A DNA stretch of 24,894 nucleotides from a virus (Duplodnaviria > Caudoviricetes). The position numbers and the translations under genes are program-made. Each line of letters opens with the position of its first letter. Positions within the stretch are counted from its first letter, which is position 1. Of this stretch, positions 16,997 to 24,894 are shown piece by piece. The notes under the pieces are model-generated. The model worked only from the letters and a program-made list of their open reading frames with translations, made no database searches and had not been told where the DNA came from. The stretch spans positions 1 to 24,894 of the IMG/VR virus record IMGVR_UViG_3300006879_000021; one strand, 5' to 3'.

Positions 16997-17868
16997 TGTT
17001 TTTTAAAATATATGATTTGAATCTTAATCACGTACCTCTTCCTAAAGATGATTTAGATTACGGTTTAATTGGTCTGGATCTAATCGTTTCGTCAATAGGC
17101 GAGGAAGTAAATGCTCATAAATTACCCGGATGGCCAGGTAATATTAATACTGGGTTTCGTGACAATGATCGAGATGTAAGTCTTAATGCAATGATCAGTT
17201 CAATGAATTCCACAGATTATAAGCTAAAGCGTGATAGAGTCTATGCCTTTTTTAAAGGTTTAGGCTCTTTTTATGTTACGGAGACGCAGCAAGGAAACAA
17301 ATTACTGAAGGTAAGGGTCGTTGAACAGTATGCGCCCGAAAGAATAAACAGAAGAGTTGCAACGCTAGACATCCCATTAAAAATAGACGGACATCCTTAC
17401 TGGATAAGCCGTTTTAAAACAATGGATTTACACAATAACAAGGGCATTCCTGCTAATGGCAATTGGTCTTTTGGAATGGGTATTGACGTATCACCCGATA
17501 ACTTAATTTATCAGTATGAAGATGCCAGCGAGTTCAATATTTACAATGCCGGTATTCCGTTAAAGACAATACAGGAAAAAGATAACTGTGAAATCAAGAT
17601 TGAAATAAATGAAGATGTTACTAGCTTCATGCTGTACGATTCCACAGGCAGTAAGTGGGAATACAATCCAAGCAAGAACGATGGTTGGCAACTAAAGTCT
17701 GGTGACGTGATTATATTCAATGGCCATGATGTACGGTTGAATAAAACAACCATTATGGAACGCACAAATAGATATTATCCAATCATAAAAGAAGGCATCA
17801 ATAAATTTAAAGTCGATGGGTTATCAAGGTATAAGATAAGTTTTGATTTTAGATTTAAGTATTACTAG
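16996..17868 (+). CDS. Distal tail protein (Dit)
   Basis: Follows the tape measure gene with TAATG coupling; 290 aa; ends 'GINKFKV....ISFDFRFKYY'. Confidence 0.88.
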   Translation: MFFKIYDLNLNHVPLPKDDLDYGLIGLDLIVSSIGEEVNAHKLPGWPGNINTGFRDNDRDVSLNAMISSMNSTDYKLKRDRVYAFFKGLGSFYVTETQQGNKLLKVRVVEQYAPERINRRVATLDIPLKIDGHPYWISRFKTMDLHNNKGIPANGNWSFGMGIDVSPDNLIYQYEDASEFNIYNAGIPLKTIQEKDNCEIKIEINEDVTSFMLYDSTGSKWEYNPSKNDGWQLKSGDVIIFNGHDVRLNKTTIMERTNRYYPIIKEGINKFKVDGLSRYKISFDFRFKYY

Positions 17869-17881
17869 AAGGAGAGATAAA

Positions 17882-18508
17882 ATGGCGCGTAAAGAGATTA
17901 ATGCGATTTTTAATGATAATGAATTAAATAAAATGAACAGTAATTTCAAGGAATTATACGATGAGTTTGGGAATGTGGTTGCTACCGTAACAGAAAAAGC
18001 ATTTGATAAAATTGTTGATTCAGCAAAGATAAACTGGGGAGAACCAGTAGATACATTCGATGACTTACCTTCAAATGCTTCCAACAGTGAAACAAGAATG
18101 ACAAGGGATGACGGTAAGATTTATCGTTACGATGGTTCGATTTGGAGGGAAATACAGGACATTGATCCGACTGCAATCAACGAAGTCGATAGCAGACTTA
18201 GTACGTCTTTGGCGGAAAAGGCGAATAGGTTATATGTCGAAAGCGAATTAAACAGAAAGGCGGACCTTTCATTCGTAGACGCTCAACTCTCAAGCATTGT
18301 GAGTGGTGCTCCATCGGGGACTTATGGCACACTGTCAGCGCTGAGACAGGCACATCCAAATGGAGTGAGTGGGATATATTTAGTACTAGATGACGGTCAT
18401 TGGTATTATTGGAATGAGGTTGAACATGATTGGTTCGACGGCGGTCTTTATCAGGCGCTACCTTGGGGGGAGTTTATGACAGAGCAAGATGAAGAGTGGG
18501 TGATATAA
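17882..18508 (+). CDS. Baseplate/fibre anchor protein (BppU-like, modular)
   Basis: RBS AAGGAG before ATG 17882. 'NKMNSNFKELY', 'PVDTFDDLP', 'YRYDGSIW', 'SGAPSGTYGTLSAL...P.G..GIYLV..DGHWYYW'. Confidence 0.75.
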   Translation: MARKEINAIFNDNELNKMNSNFKELYDEFGNVVATVTEKAFDKIVDSAKINWGEPVDTFDDLPSNASNSETRMTRDDGKIYRYDGSIWREIQDIDPTAINEVDSRLSTSLAEKANRLYVESELNRKADLSFVDAQLSSIVSGAPSGTYGTLSALRQAHPNGVSGIYLVLDDGHWYYWNEVEHDWFDGGLYQALPWGEFMTEQDEEWVI

Positions 18509-18985
18509 ATGTCAGATAAAATGATGAGGATTGCTGGCAGGAGCAAGGATGGATACGCAAAAGGGATAAGTACAGATGAAGAAGGTAGACCACGCAGAGC
18601 TAGAGGCCAGCTGCAGGAAAAAGTCATTTTTGATAACGAAGTTGCAACACACGGAAAAAGTTTACAATCAGATGACTTAGAATTAGCGGGCGTTAAAAAT
18701 GTTTGTTTAATGGTTATCAACAGGCACAACATTCCTTTAATGCTGAAAATACAAAGGAGACCAAGCGCGATAACTTCTTTTACAACAGATGTGAAGACAT
18801 TGGATATGGATTCGGAATGGATCGAAGTCCCATCTTCATACCACTTCGAAGGCGCTAATTTAATCACAAAAGACCAATATCCAGTATTAAATGGAAACTT
18901 AGATAGGATAAGGTTATCAATTAAAACAGAGACAGAACCATCGAGAGGAAATTTCACTGTGCTATTATCGTATGTGGAGGGGTAA
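18509..18985 (+). CDS. Putative tail-associated beta-sandwich protein
   Basis: Coupled to both neighbours; beta-rich pattern; function not identifiable from sequence. Confidence 0.6.
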   Translation: MSDKMMRIAGRSKDGYAKGISTDEEGRPRRARGQLQEKVIFDNEVATHGKSLQSDDLELAGVKNVCLMVINRHNIPLMLKIQRRPSAITSFTTDVKTLDMDSEWIEVPSSYHFEGANLITKDQYPVLNGNLDRIRLSIKTETEPSRGNFTVLLSYVEG

Positions 18986-18988
18986 CGG

Positions 18989-20452
18989 ATGTATTCTATA
19001 TTGAGTAACGTTAGGGAAATAAAGGATAGATTGGCAAGGAATTTCGAAGAAGTTATAAATCTTTATGATGAAAGGGACAGAGATCACCCGGGAAATGAAT
19101 TGAAAGTGAAGGAGTTTTCTTCTGTCTTCTTAATTGTGGAGAAAATGGTGAGAGGAAACTTATTGCCACAAGTCAGTCTGGATAGAGAAGAGTGGTTTAA
19201 TATAAGGGCAACCGATATGAATACGGGGACGGAATTCGATTTTATTCATCATCCAAGCGAGTTAACTGTGGATGTGAGTGCGTGGAATTATTTTAGATTG
19301 AGTTTATCGTTACCTTTCGGTTCAGGCAGTGCAACTGTTAAAGCAGTCATTTTAAACGAAAAAGCAGAAGAGCCAGTAACCAAGACAACTAATTATAGAC
19401 CCGTCCCCGTAAGACCAGAATCTCGTATAGGGAGAAGCGAGTATTCAACACGACCTACAACGGTAAAAAGTGATGGTACATGGTATGGAGTGACAGGGAA
19501 CGCTTTCCAAAAAAGCGCCGACTACGGAGATACATGGGAAGCGGTATACCAAGTTGGACACGATAGAGCGAGGCAAATAAAAGCACTGGATGATGGTACA
19601 CTGCTATTAATAACAAAGGACGGAAAAGTTTACAAAAGTAACGATAACGAAAGTAATTTCGAGGAGGTTTTTTCACTCATATCTCCTGATGTTGCTATGG
19701 GCGAAAGTATAGGAACGGATGTGTTCGAAAACTTTGCTTTCATTGTGGAGTACGGAGGTAAAGGTGGGGAAGACCCACCACGACGAGCTTTTATGAGCAA
19801 CGATTACGGGATGACATGGGAGAAAATTTTTGAGGAAGAAGTGAGGGACGATTACCATGTTCACGATATTGCTTTCGATCCCTATGAAGAATTAATCTGG
19901 ATTGTAAGTGGGGATAATTTAGGTAATTCAAACGTTGTAGTTAGTGATGACTTTGGTGTGAATTGGAGGTACATTTATAGTTACGGTGAATGTCCTAACC
20001 AATTCACCAGCATATTGCCGATGGCGAATTGCGTGTTATTCACCAGCGACAATAGGCATGATTCGGTTTACAGATGGAAGAGAAGTTCGCAAGGAATTAA
20101 TTCGTTTCACCGAATTATATTAGAGCCTGCATTTACTATCATTAGAGAAAACCCTGGTTCGGAGTCTTTCGGAACAATAGGTTTCGTTGATCACGCTGGA
20201 GATGGTTCTGCATATTTCGGATATATACAACATCACTCGAATATAAGAAGAAAAGCAACTGTGTGGGCAACTAAAGATGGTATTAACTTTTATTCTATTT
20301 GGACATCTGCCAAATTCCCTGAATCAGAAACGGGATTTGTTGGCATTACACATGTTTCTGGCATTGATGAAAACGGGTATCTTGCAGTCGGGTTGTCAGG
20401 TTTAGGGGAAAGTGCATTGAGGTTAAAAAAACCTAAATGGGAAAAAATATAA
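18989..20452 (+). CDS. Asp-box/BNR beta-propeller protein (sialidase-like fold; putative receptor-binding or depolymerase)
   Basis: Asp boxes SADYGDTW, SNDNESNF, SNDYGMTW, SDDFGVNW, TKDGINF; 'HVHDIAFDPY'; no signal peptide. Confidence 0.8.
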   Translation: MYSILSNVREIKDRLARNFEEVINLYDERDRDHPGNELKVKEFSSVFLIVEKMVRGNLLPQVSLDREEWFNIRATDMNTGTEFDFIHHPSELTVDVSAWNYFRLSLSLPFGSGSATVKAVILNEKAEEPVTKTTNYRPVPVRPESRIGRSEYSTRPTTVKSDGTWYGVTGNAFQKSADYGDTWEAVYQVGHDRARQIKALDDGTLLLITKDGKVYKSNDNESNFEEVFSLISPDVAMGESIGTDVFENFAFIVEYGGKGGEDPPRRAFMSNDYGMTWEKIFEEEVRDDYHVHDIAFDPYEELIWIVSGDNLGNSNVVVSDDFGVNWRYIYSYGECPNQFTSILPMANCVLFTSDNRHDSVYRWKRSSQGINSFHRIILEPAFTIIRENPGSESFGTIGFVDHAGDGSAYFGYIQHHSNIRRKATVWATKDGINFYSIWTSAKFPESETGFVGITHVSGIDENGYLAVGLSGLGESALRLKKPKWEKI

Positions 20453-20488
20453 AAATGTCTTTCATGAAAGATAATCAATAAATTTAAA

Positions 20489-20518
20489 TTGTCATTCACT
20501 AAATGTAAATAATATAGT
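20489..20518 (+). promoter_or_regulatory. SigA-like promoter of the Wzy/WaaL-family moron
   Basis: TTGTCA (20489-20494)-N18-TATAGT (20513-20518) in an AT-rich intergenic region. Confidence 0.55.
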
Positions 20519-20562
20519 AAACTTAAACAAGTCAATTAAAGATTTCATGGGGGTTTACTGTA

Positions 20563-21795
20563 TTGAGAGTATTCAAGTTATTGGCGAGTGGAGAATTTTT
20601 ATTCGCGGCATTTTTACTAGCGAACGTTTTTAAGAGTGCATTGCCTGAATTACCGGTAGATTTAAACATTATATTTTTAACTCTAACTATTTTGATTGCA
20701 TTAAAACGCTTGACTTCGAAGCCTTATGTGACCAAAAAAGCGATACATCCAATATTATTATTTATGGGTTTTGTTTTTTTAGGCTTGGTAAGCTTAATAT
20801 ACTCATCAAGTGAAGTATATGGAGTTCAGAAAATCTTATTGTTATCTAGTTTGACGCTCTGGTCTTTAATTGGGCCGTTTTTATTGATTGATAACAAAAC
20901 ATCCCTAAAAAAATTTCTTAAAAGCTTCATGGCGATTGCAATTGCTACGTCTACCTATGTCTTGTTCGATTACTTTACATCCTCCGATGTAGGTAATTTT
21001 ATGAGATTCGGAGTAGACGGCACCAATTCTATAGGCTTAGGAAGAGCAGCGGCATTAGGCGCAATAGTAATTATAATGCTGTATCTATTCAACACAAATG
21101 TTTTAAGGATCAAGAAAATATTTTCTTTAGCCGGACTGGCTACATTGATCTTGGTTCTCTTTTTAACAGGTTCAAGAATGGCTTTGATCTCTTTAGGTGT
21201 CGCTATGGTTATATTCTTGCTAGTGAAGACGTTTGAATTTACAAAAGATGATGTTTTAATAAATAAGAGTGCTATGAAAGTGACTTTTTCGCTAATTCCT
21301 ATACCTTTACTAATGATTCCTTTTTCAAATTCTATACAAACAATGTTAACCAGATTGGGGAATCTGTTTAATGATAGTGGGTTTGGATCATATTCCCAAA
21401 GAACAGAGCGATTTTCATTAGCCTACAATGTATGGAAGGAAGGGCCGATTTTCGGGGATGGCTTAGGTAGTTATGCAATACATTATAACGGCATAGACGA
21501 AAGATATTATCCACACAATATTATATTGGAGATAGTATCAGAACTAGGATTGGTAGGAATAATAGTTTTTGCCGCATTGTTGGCTTTGCCTTTCTTTCTA
21601 AATAATATTTTTAAATCTAACTATCTACAAATGTGTGCCCTCTTGATGTTTATATACACGTTCTTAAACGCAAACACAACTGGCGATATTAATGATAATA
21701 GAATGATGTTTACATTTTTAGCATTGTTATACATGTACCCGTTGTTTAATGATGATAAAAAAGTAATGTCGCATACGGAACATACTGCGAACTAA
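20563..21795 (+). CDS. O-antigen ligase / Wzy polymerase family membrane protein (moron)
   Basis: About 10-12 hydrophobic segments with Wzy_C hallmarks 'LTGSRMAL', 'R...F......W...PIFGDGLGSY', 'YPHNIILEIVSELGLVG'. TTG start after GGGGG. Confidence 0.9.
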   Translation: MRVFKLLASGEFLFAAFLLANVFKSALPELPVDLNIIFLTLTILIALKRLTSKPYVTKKAIHPILLFMGFVFLGLVSLIYSSSEVYGVQKILLLSSLTLWSLIGPFLLIDNKTSLKKFLKSFMAIAIATSTYVLFDYFTSSDVGNFMRFGVDGTNSIGLGRAAALGAIVIIMLYLFNTNVLRIKKIFSLAGLATLILVLFLTGSRMALISLGVAMVIFLLVKTFEFTKDDVLINKSAMKVTFSLIPIPLLMIPFSNSIQTMLTRLGNLFNDSGFGSYSQRTERFSLAYNVWKEGPIFGDGLGSYAIHYNGIDERYYPHNIILEIVSELGLVGIIVFAALLALPFFLNNIFKSNYLQMCALLMFIYTFLNANTTGDINDNRMMFTFLALLYMYPLFNDDKKVMSHTEHTAN

Positions 21796-21820
21796 TGAAA
21801 ACTTAATATCAATGTTGAAC

Positions 21821-21856
21821 AAGAAAAAGACAACTCATTTAGAGTCGTCTTTTTTT
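21821..21856. terminator. Bidirectional Rho-independent terminator
   Basis: A-tract, AGACAACTC-ATTTA-GAGTCGTCT stem with one mismatch, then T-tract. Confidence 0.8.
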
Positions 21857-21939
21857 GTGTCTTTGAAGCACCAAAGAATCGCAATCCAAACGCCATCACT
21901 TATCAGATTAGTTAAGATATCAACAAATAATGATTTCAT
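21835..21939 (-). CDS. 34-aa hydrophobic peptide, Fst/type I toxin-like (MKSLFVDILTNLISDGVWIAILWCFKDTKKDDSK)
   Basis: Hand translation of the minus strand. RBS AAAGGATG 6 nt before the ATG; hydrophobic core and charged tail. Confidence 0.45.
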   Translation of the reverse strand: MKSLFVDILTNLISDGVWIAILWCFKDTKKDDSK

Positions 21940-22032
21940 AAAAAACATCCTTTACAATTTGTCAGCTTTATTAGCTGCATTTTTTTAATTGCAAAGTAGT
22001 TTTGAAAATCCTTTTTAATTTTTAGGCTTTTT

Positions 22033-24504
22033 TTGGGGGTGAACAAAATCCAAGGACAACCATCATTATTTTTACTAGATTTGAAAGGCAAAGAATACCC
22101 TGCAATCGCAGAAGTGAATAGAAAAAAACGAGTTAATGGGCAGCGTGAGATATCGCTGTCCTTTTTATATGAAGATATCAATGCTGACTTTCTCCATAAC
22201 ATTGAATTTGGTTGGAAAATACTTTTCAAGGGTGAATGGTACACAATTACAAGTCCGACATATGCGCTCGATGGGGATGTGTTTTCTGTCGGTGTGGACG
22301 CGGTACTATCATTCTTTGTTGACATGAATGGCCATTATTTACAGGACAAGGTAGAAGACAAGTCAAAAACGCCTGCATCCTTTTTCAGAGAGTTATTTAA
22401 AGGCACGGGATACGGTTATGTATTAGTAGATAACCTTGCCGCTAACACGTTGAACTATCAAGCTAACCAGAGTAAGACAGAGCGCTTTCTGTACGGCATT
22501 GATAGATTTAAAGGCGAATATATCATAAGAGGTAAACAAGCCTATATACATGGCTTAATCGGTTCTGACAAGGATGTTGTTTTACATGAAGATTTAAACA
22601 TTAAAGATGTATCTATTGAAGTAGATGGATCGGGATTCCACACATGGGCAAAAGGATTCGGCGACAAAGACGACACCCAAGAAAACGCAGATTATAAATT
22701 AAATATTGAATATGTATCGCCATTGGTTGCCAAGCATGGCTATATCGAAGGGCCTGCAATCCGTGATGGTTCATATAAACATGCAGACGCCTTAACTGAA
22801 GCAGTAAAGAAGCAAGTGGAAAACAGTTATAAAATATCCACCACAATAACCGCAGTCGATTTAACTAATAACGGATATCCAGAAATGCAATTCGAGGAAG
22901 GTGACAGGGTATTTTTATACGTTACCGATTTAAAGCAGAATCAGCAGGTTAGAGTAGTTGAAATTGATGAAACATTCGATTGGGAAGGCAACATTATTGA
23001 TGCTCAATACACGGTTGGTAATGAGGGAATCGCAGCACGCTATAAAACTCAACAGTATGATATAATATCTGATTTCAGGGACATTCAGTCAGGAAAGAAA
23101 ACATTAGAATTCAACTGGCTACCCGAAGCAATTAAACGTGCGTCCGATATTATTAATGGCAATATAGATAGTCACTTTAAATACGGTGCTGGCGAAATCA
23201 TAGGTATCAATAAAAGCAACCCCAACGGTTACATGCGATTTAATACAGATGGATTAGGATTTAGTCGAGATGGCGGTAAAACGTACAGATCGGCTATCAC
23301 GTATGAGGGCATTGTGGCTGATGCTATAACTACCGGAACGCTTAGAAGTATATTAATTGAAAGTGTGGACATTTTCGGGAGTCGTTTCTATTCGGAAAGC
23401 GATTCTGACTACATGGAGATTGTTGGCGGGAACATTGAATTGGTGCAAAATAATGGTCGCAAATTGGATATAGGCCCTTCCGGTTTTTACGGATATAATC
23501 AAGGAGGAAGCACCCGATTCCAAGCAGACAGATCGTTAGTTACAAGCGCCGCTCTAGGTACTAGTAATTACAACGTATATCTTGCCGCTGAGGATTCCGG
23601 AGACATTCCGGGTGAGGTTCGCGCTGTAAAGACTAGCACATTGGGCGGTGGTGGTAGTTCAACCGACTACGAGTATATAGACATTAGGTCGAGGTCAATT
23701 AAGTCCGCATACGGAAGGCATTTTTACATTGGTACGGATGCGGGTGAATTAAGAGTAATGTCGCAAGGATTACTAGGAAGTGGAGTTTATAGGGACATAC
23801 GAGCAAATAAGTTATTCGCCAACGAATACGAGACGAATGGAGGAAACATCCTCTATTTGCGAGCAAGTTCACGCGTAAGAGTATACGGAACAGGTTCATC
23901 ATCCAGTTTATCTGATATAGAAGTTGGTAGAGTATATGCTAACGTTATGATAACTAACACTGATAATGCTTATGTGGGAACTAATGGAGAACTACGCGTG
24001 GTGAACAAAGGCCTTAGTGAAATATACAGGGATGTTAGAGCGAGTGGATTTTTGGGTACAAGCATTAGCTTATCATCTTCAGCGGAGAACGCGGTTAATT
24101 TCCACGTCAGACCTGCAGGAGATGGTGAGGTTCACATAACATCAAGATCGGGTAGCGGTAGTTTTAGGCCTGTCAGAGCGTCTAGTTTTGAAGAAGGATC
24201 GCTTCGGGAAAACAAGAAAAACATTGTACGGTTTGACGAGGATGTTTTGTCCACTATAAAAACTAATGGTGTTTACACTTACCATATGAACGAGCAAGGT
24301 GACGAAGAAAAGAAAAAATTAGGCGTGATGGTAAATGAGGCCCCGGACATTGTAAAAGGCGAATCACTGGAAACGGTCAGCCTGTATCCACTTACAAGTT
24401 ACGTTTACAGAGGTGTGCAACAATTAGCGCATAAAGATGCTGAACAAGACGGTAGAATACTTGCTTTAGAAGAAGAGATAAAGAAATTAAAAGGAGTGAT
24501 TTAA
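22033..24504 (+). CDS. Tal / tail spike: prophage tail endopeptidase-like N-domain, beta repeats, C-terminal Peptidase_S74-type chaperone
   Basis: 'RKKRVNGQREIS', 'NIKDVSIEVD...TWAKGFG', 'EYVSPL...G..EGP.IRD', 'FEEGDRV', 'GLGFSRDGGKTYRSAITYEGIVADAITTG', and C-terminal 'SLRENKKNI...LGVMVNE'. Start codon uncertain. Confidence 0.9.
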   Translation: MGVNKIQGQPSLFLLDLKGKEYPAIAEVNRKKRVNGQREISLSFLYEDINADFLHNIEFGWKILFKGEWYTITSPTYALDGDVFSVGVDAVLSFFVDMNGHYLQDKVEDKSKTPASFFRELFKGTGYGYVLVDNLAANTLNYQANQSKTERFLYGIDRFKGEYIIRGKQAYIHGLIGSDKDVVLHEDLNIKDVSIEVDGSGFHTWAKGFGDKDDTQENADYKLNIEYVSPLVAKHGYIEGPAIRDGSYKHADALTEAVKKQVENSYKISTTITAVDLTNNGYPEMQFEEGDRVFLYVTDLKQNQQVRVVEIDETFDWEGNIIDAQYTVGNEGIAARYKTQQYDIISDFRDIQSGKKTLEFNWLPEAIKRASDIINGNIDSHFKYGAGEIIGINKSNPNGYMRFNTDGLGFSRDGGKTYRSAITYEGIVADAITTGTLRSILIESVDIFGSRFYSESDSDYMEIVGGNIELVQNNGRKLDIGPSGFYGYNQGGSTRFQADRSLVTSAALGTSNYNVYLAAEDSGDIPGEVRAVKTSTLGGGGSSTDYEYIDIRSRSIKSAYGRHFYIGTDAGELRVMSQGLLGSGVYRDIRANKLFANEYETNGGNILYLRASSRVRVYGTGSSSSLSDIEVGRVYANVMITNTDNAYVGTNGELRVVNKGLSEIYRDVRASGFLGTSISLSSSAENAVNFHVRPAGDGEVHITSRSGSGSFRPVRASSFEEGSLRENKKNIVRFDEDVLSTIKTNGVYTYHMNEQGDEEKKKLGVMVNEAPDIVKGESLETVSLYPLTSYVYRGVQQLAHKDAEQDGRILALEEEIKKLKGVI

Positions 24505-24684
24505 ATGGAACAACCACAATTAAATCAAGATTATGTGATTCAATCACTAACCAATCAAGTTGCTAACCTATCACTTGGAAACGCACAAAAGGATTCAGTT
24601 ATTGGAACTCAACAGGAGGAAATACAGAGGCTGAAACAGGAATTGGGTCAGTATAAAACAGAGGGAAAAGCCAACTCCGAATAA
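24505..24684 (+). CDS. 59-aa coiled-coil protein not in the ORF track (MEQPQLNQDYVIQSLTNQVANLS...)
   Basis: Hand translation. RBS AAGGAGTG; abuts the Tal stop. Confidence 0.8.
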   Translation: MEQPQLNQDYVIQSLTNQVANLSLGNAQKDSVIGTQQEEIQRLKQELGQYKTEGKANSE

Positions 24685-24697
24685 GGAGTATTTTTTT
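24674..24697 (+). terminator. Weak Rho-independent terminator
   Basis: ACTCC-GAATAA-GGAGT followed by A and T7. Confidence 0.5.
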
Positions 24698-24738
24698 ATG
24701 GGGAAATATAGAAAGTCTTATATGTTAGGGGGTCTAAA

Positions 24739-24894
24739 ATGGATGATAAGGATGTGGAGAACATGCCAATATGGCAGAACCACGAACAGCGAATAACGAC
24801 GTTAGAAGTTATCACCTCAAATATGCAGGGAGAATTTAAAGAGGTAAAAGATAAAATTGATGAAGGAAATAAAGATCAATCTAAGCAATTAGAA
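24739..24894 (+). CDS. Truncated ORF, probably an XhlA-like/holin-associated first gene of the lysis module
   Basis: RBS AGGGGG. MDDKDVENMPIWQNHEQRITTLE... coiled coil, open to the window end; position after the tail genes. Confidence 0.55.
   Translation, partial: MDDKDVENMPIWQNHEQRITTLEVITSNMQGEFKEVKDKIDEGNKDQSKQLE

Noticed and set aside
21936-22325. 129-aa minus-strand ORF overlapping the tal 5' end
   Set aside because: Mostly antisense to tal with no recognisable features. Its stop overlaps the start of the 34-aa ORF, but that ORF has its own SD.
1-24894. CRISPR array, diversity-generating retroelement, tRNA, IS element or integrase
   Set aside because: By eye I saw no regularly spaced repeats, reverse transcriptase, TR/VR pair, cloverleaf, transposase or recombinase ORF. 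Dedicated scans were not run.

Overview
This window is the late half of a temperate, probably cos-type siphovirus (prophage) of a low-GC Firmicute; a Bacillaceae host is inferred from the protein types and Shine-Dalgarno style. Almost all genes are on the + strand. In order it holds: the end of the replication/accessory region (small ORFs, a dimeric dUTPase, an ArpU/RinA-like late activator), a lipoprotein moron, the packaging module (HNH, candidate cos, TerS, TerL), an HK97-type head, connector and tail genes, a tape measure protein with an SLT domain, Dit, a ~4 kb variable block (anchor protein, Asp-box beta-propeller, Wzy/WaaL-family moron), Tal with an S74 chaperone domain, and the start of the lysis region. 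The most notable observations are: (1) the same hidden -1 recoding cassette follows the stop codons of both the major capsid and major tail genes and would add homologous short Pro-periodic tags to each, directly upstream of a collagen-like fibre gene; (2) a glycan-binding propeller and a polysaccharide polymerase/ligase moron sit between Dit and Tal, bounded by two degenerate same-phase semi-palindromic sites; (3) an unannotated 34-aa Fst-like peptide ORF lies on the minus strand; (4) a three-way-junction/pseudoknot RNA leader precedes the lipoprotein moron. All family assignments come from motif recognition and synteny; no searches were run.
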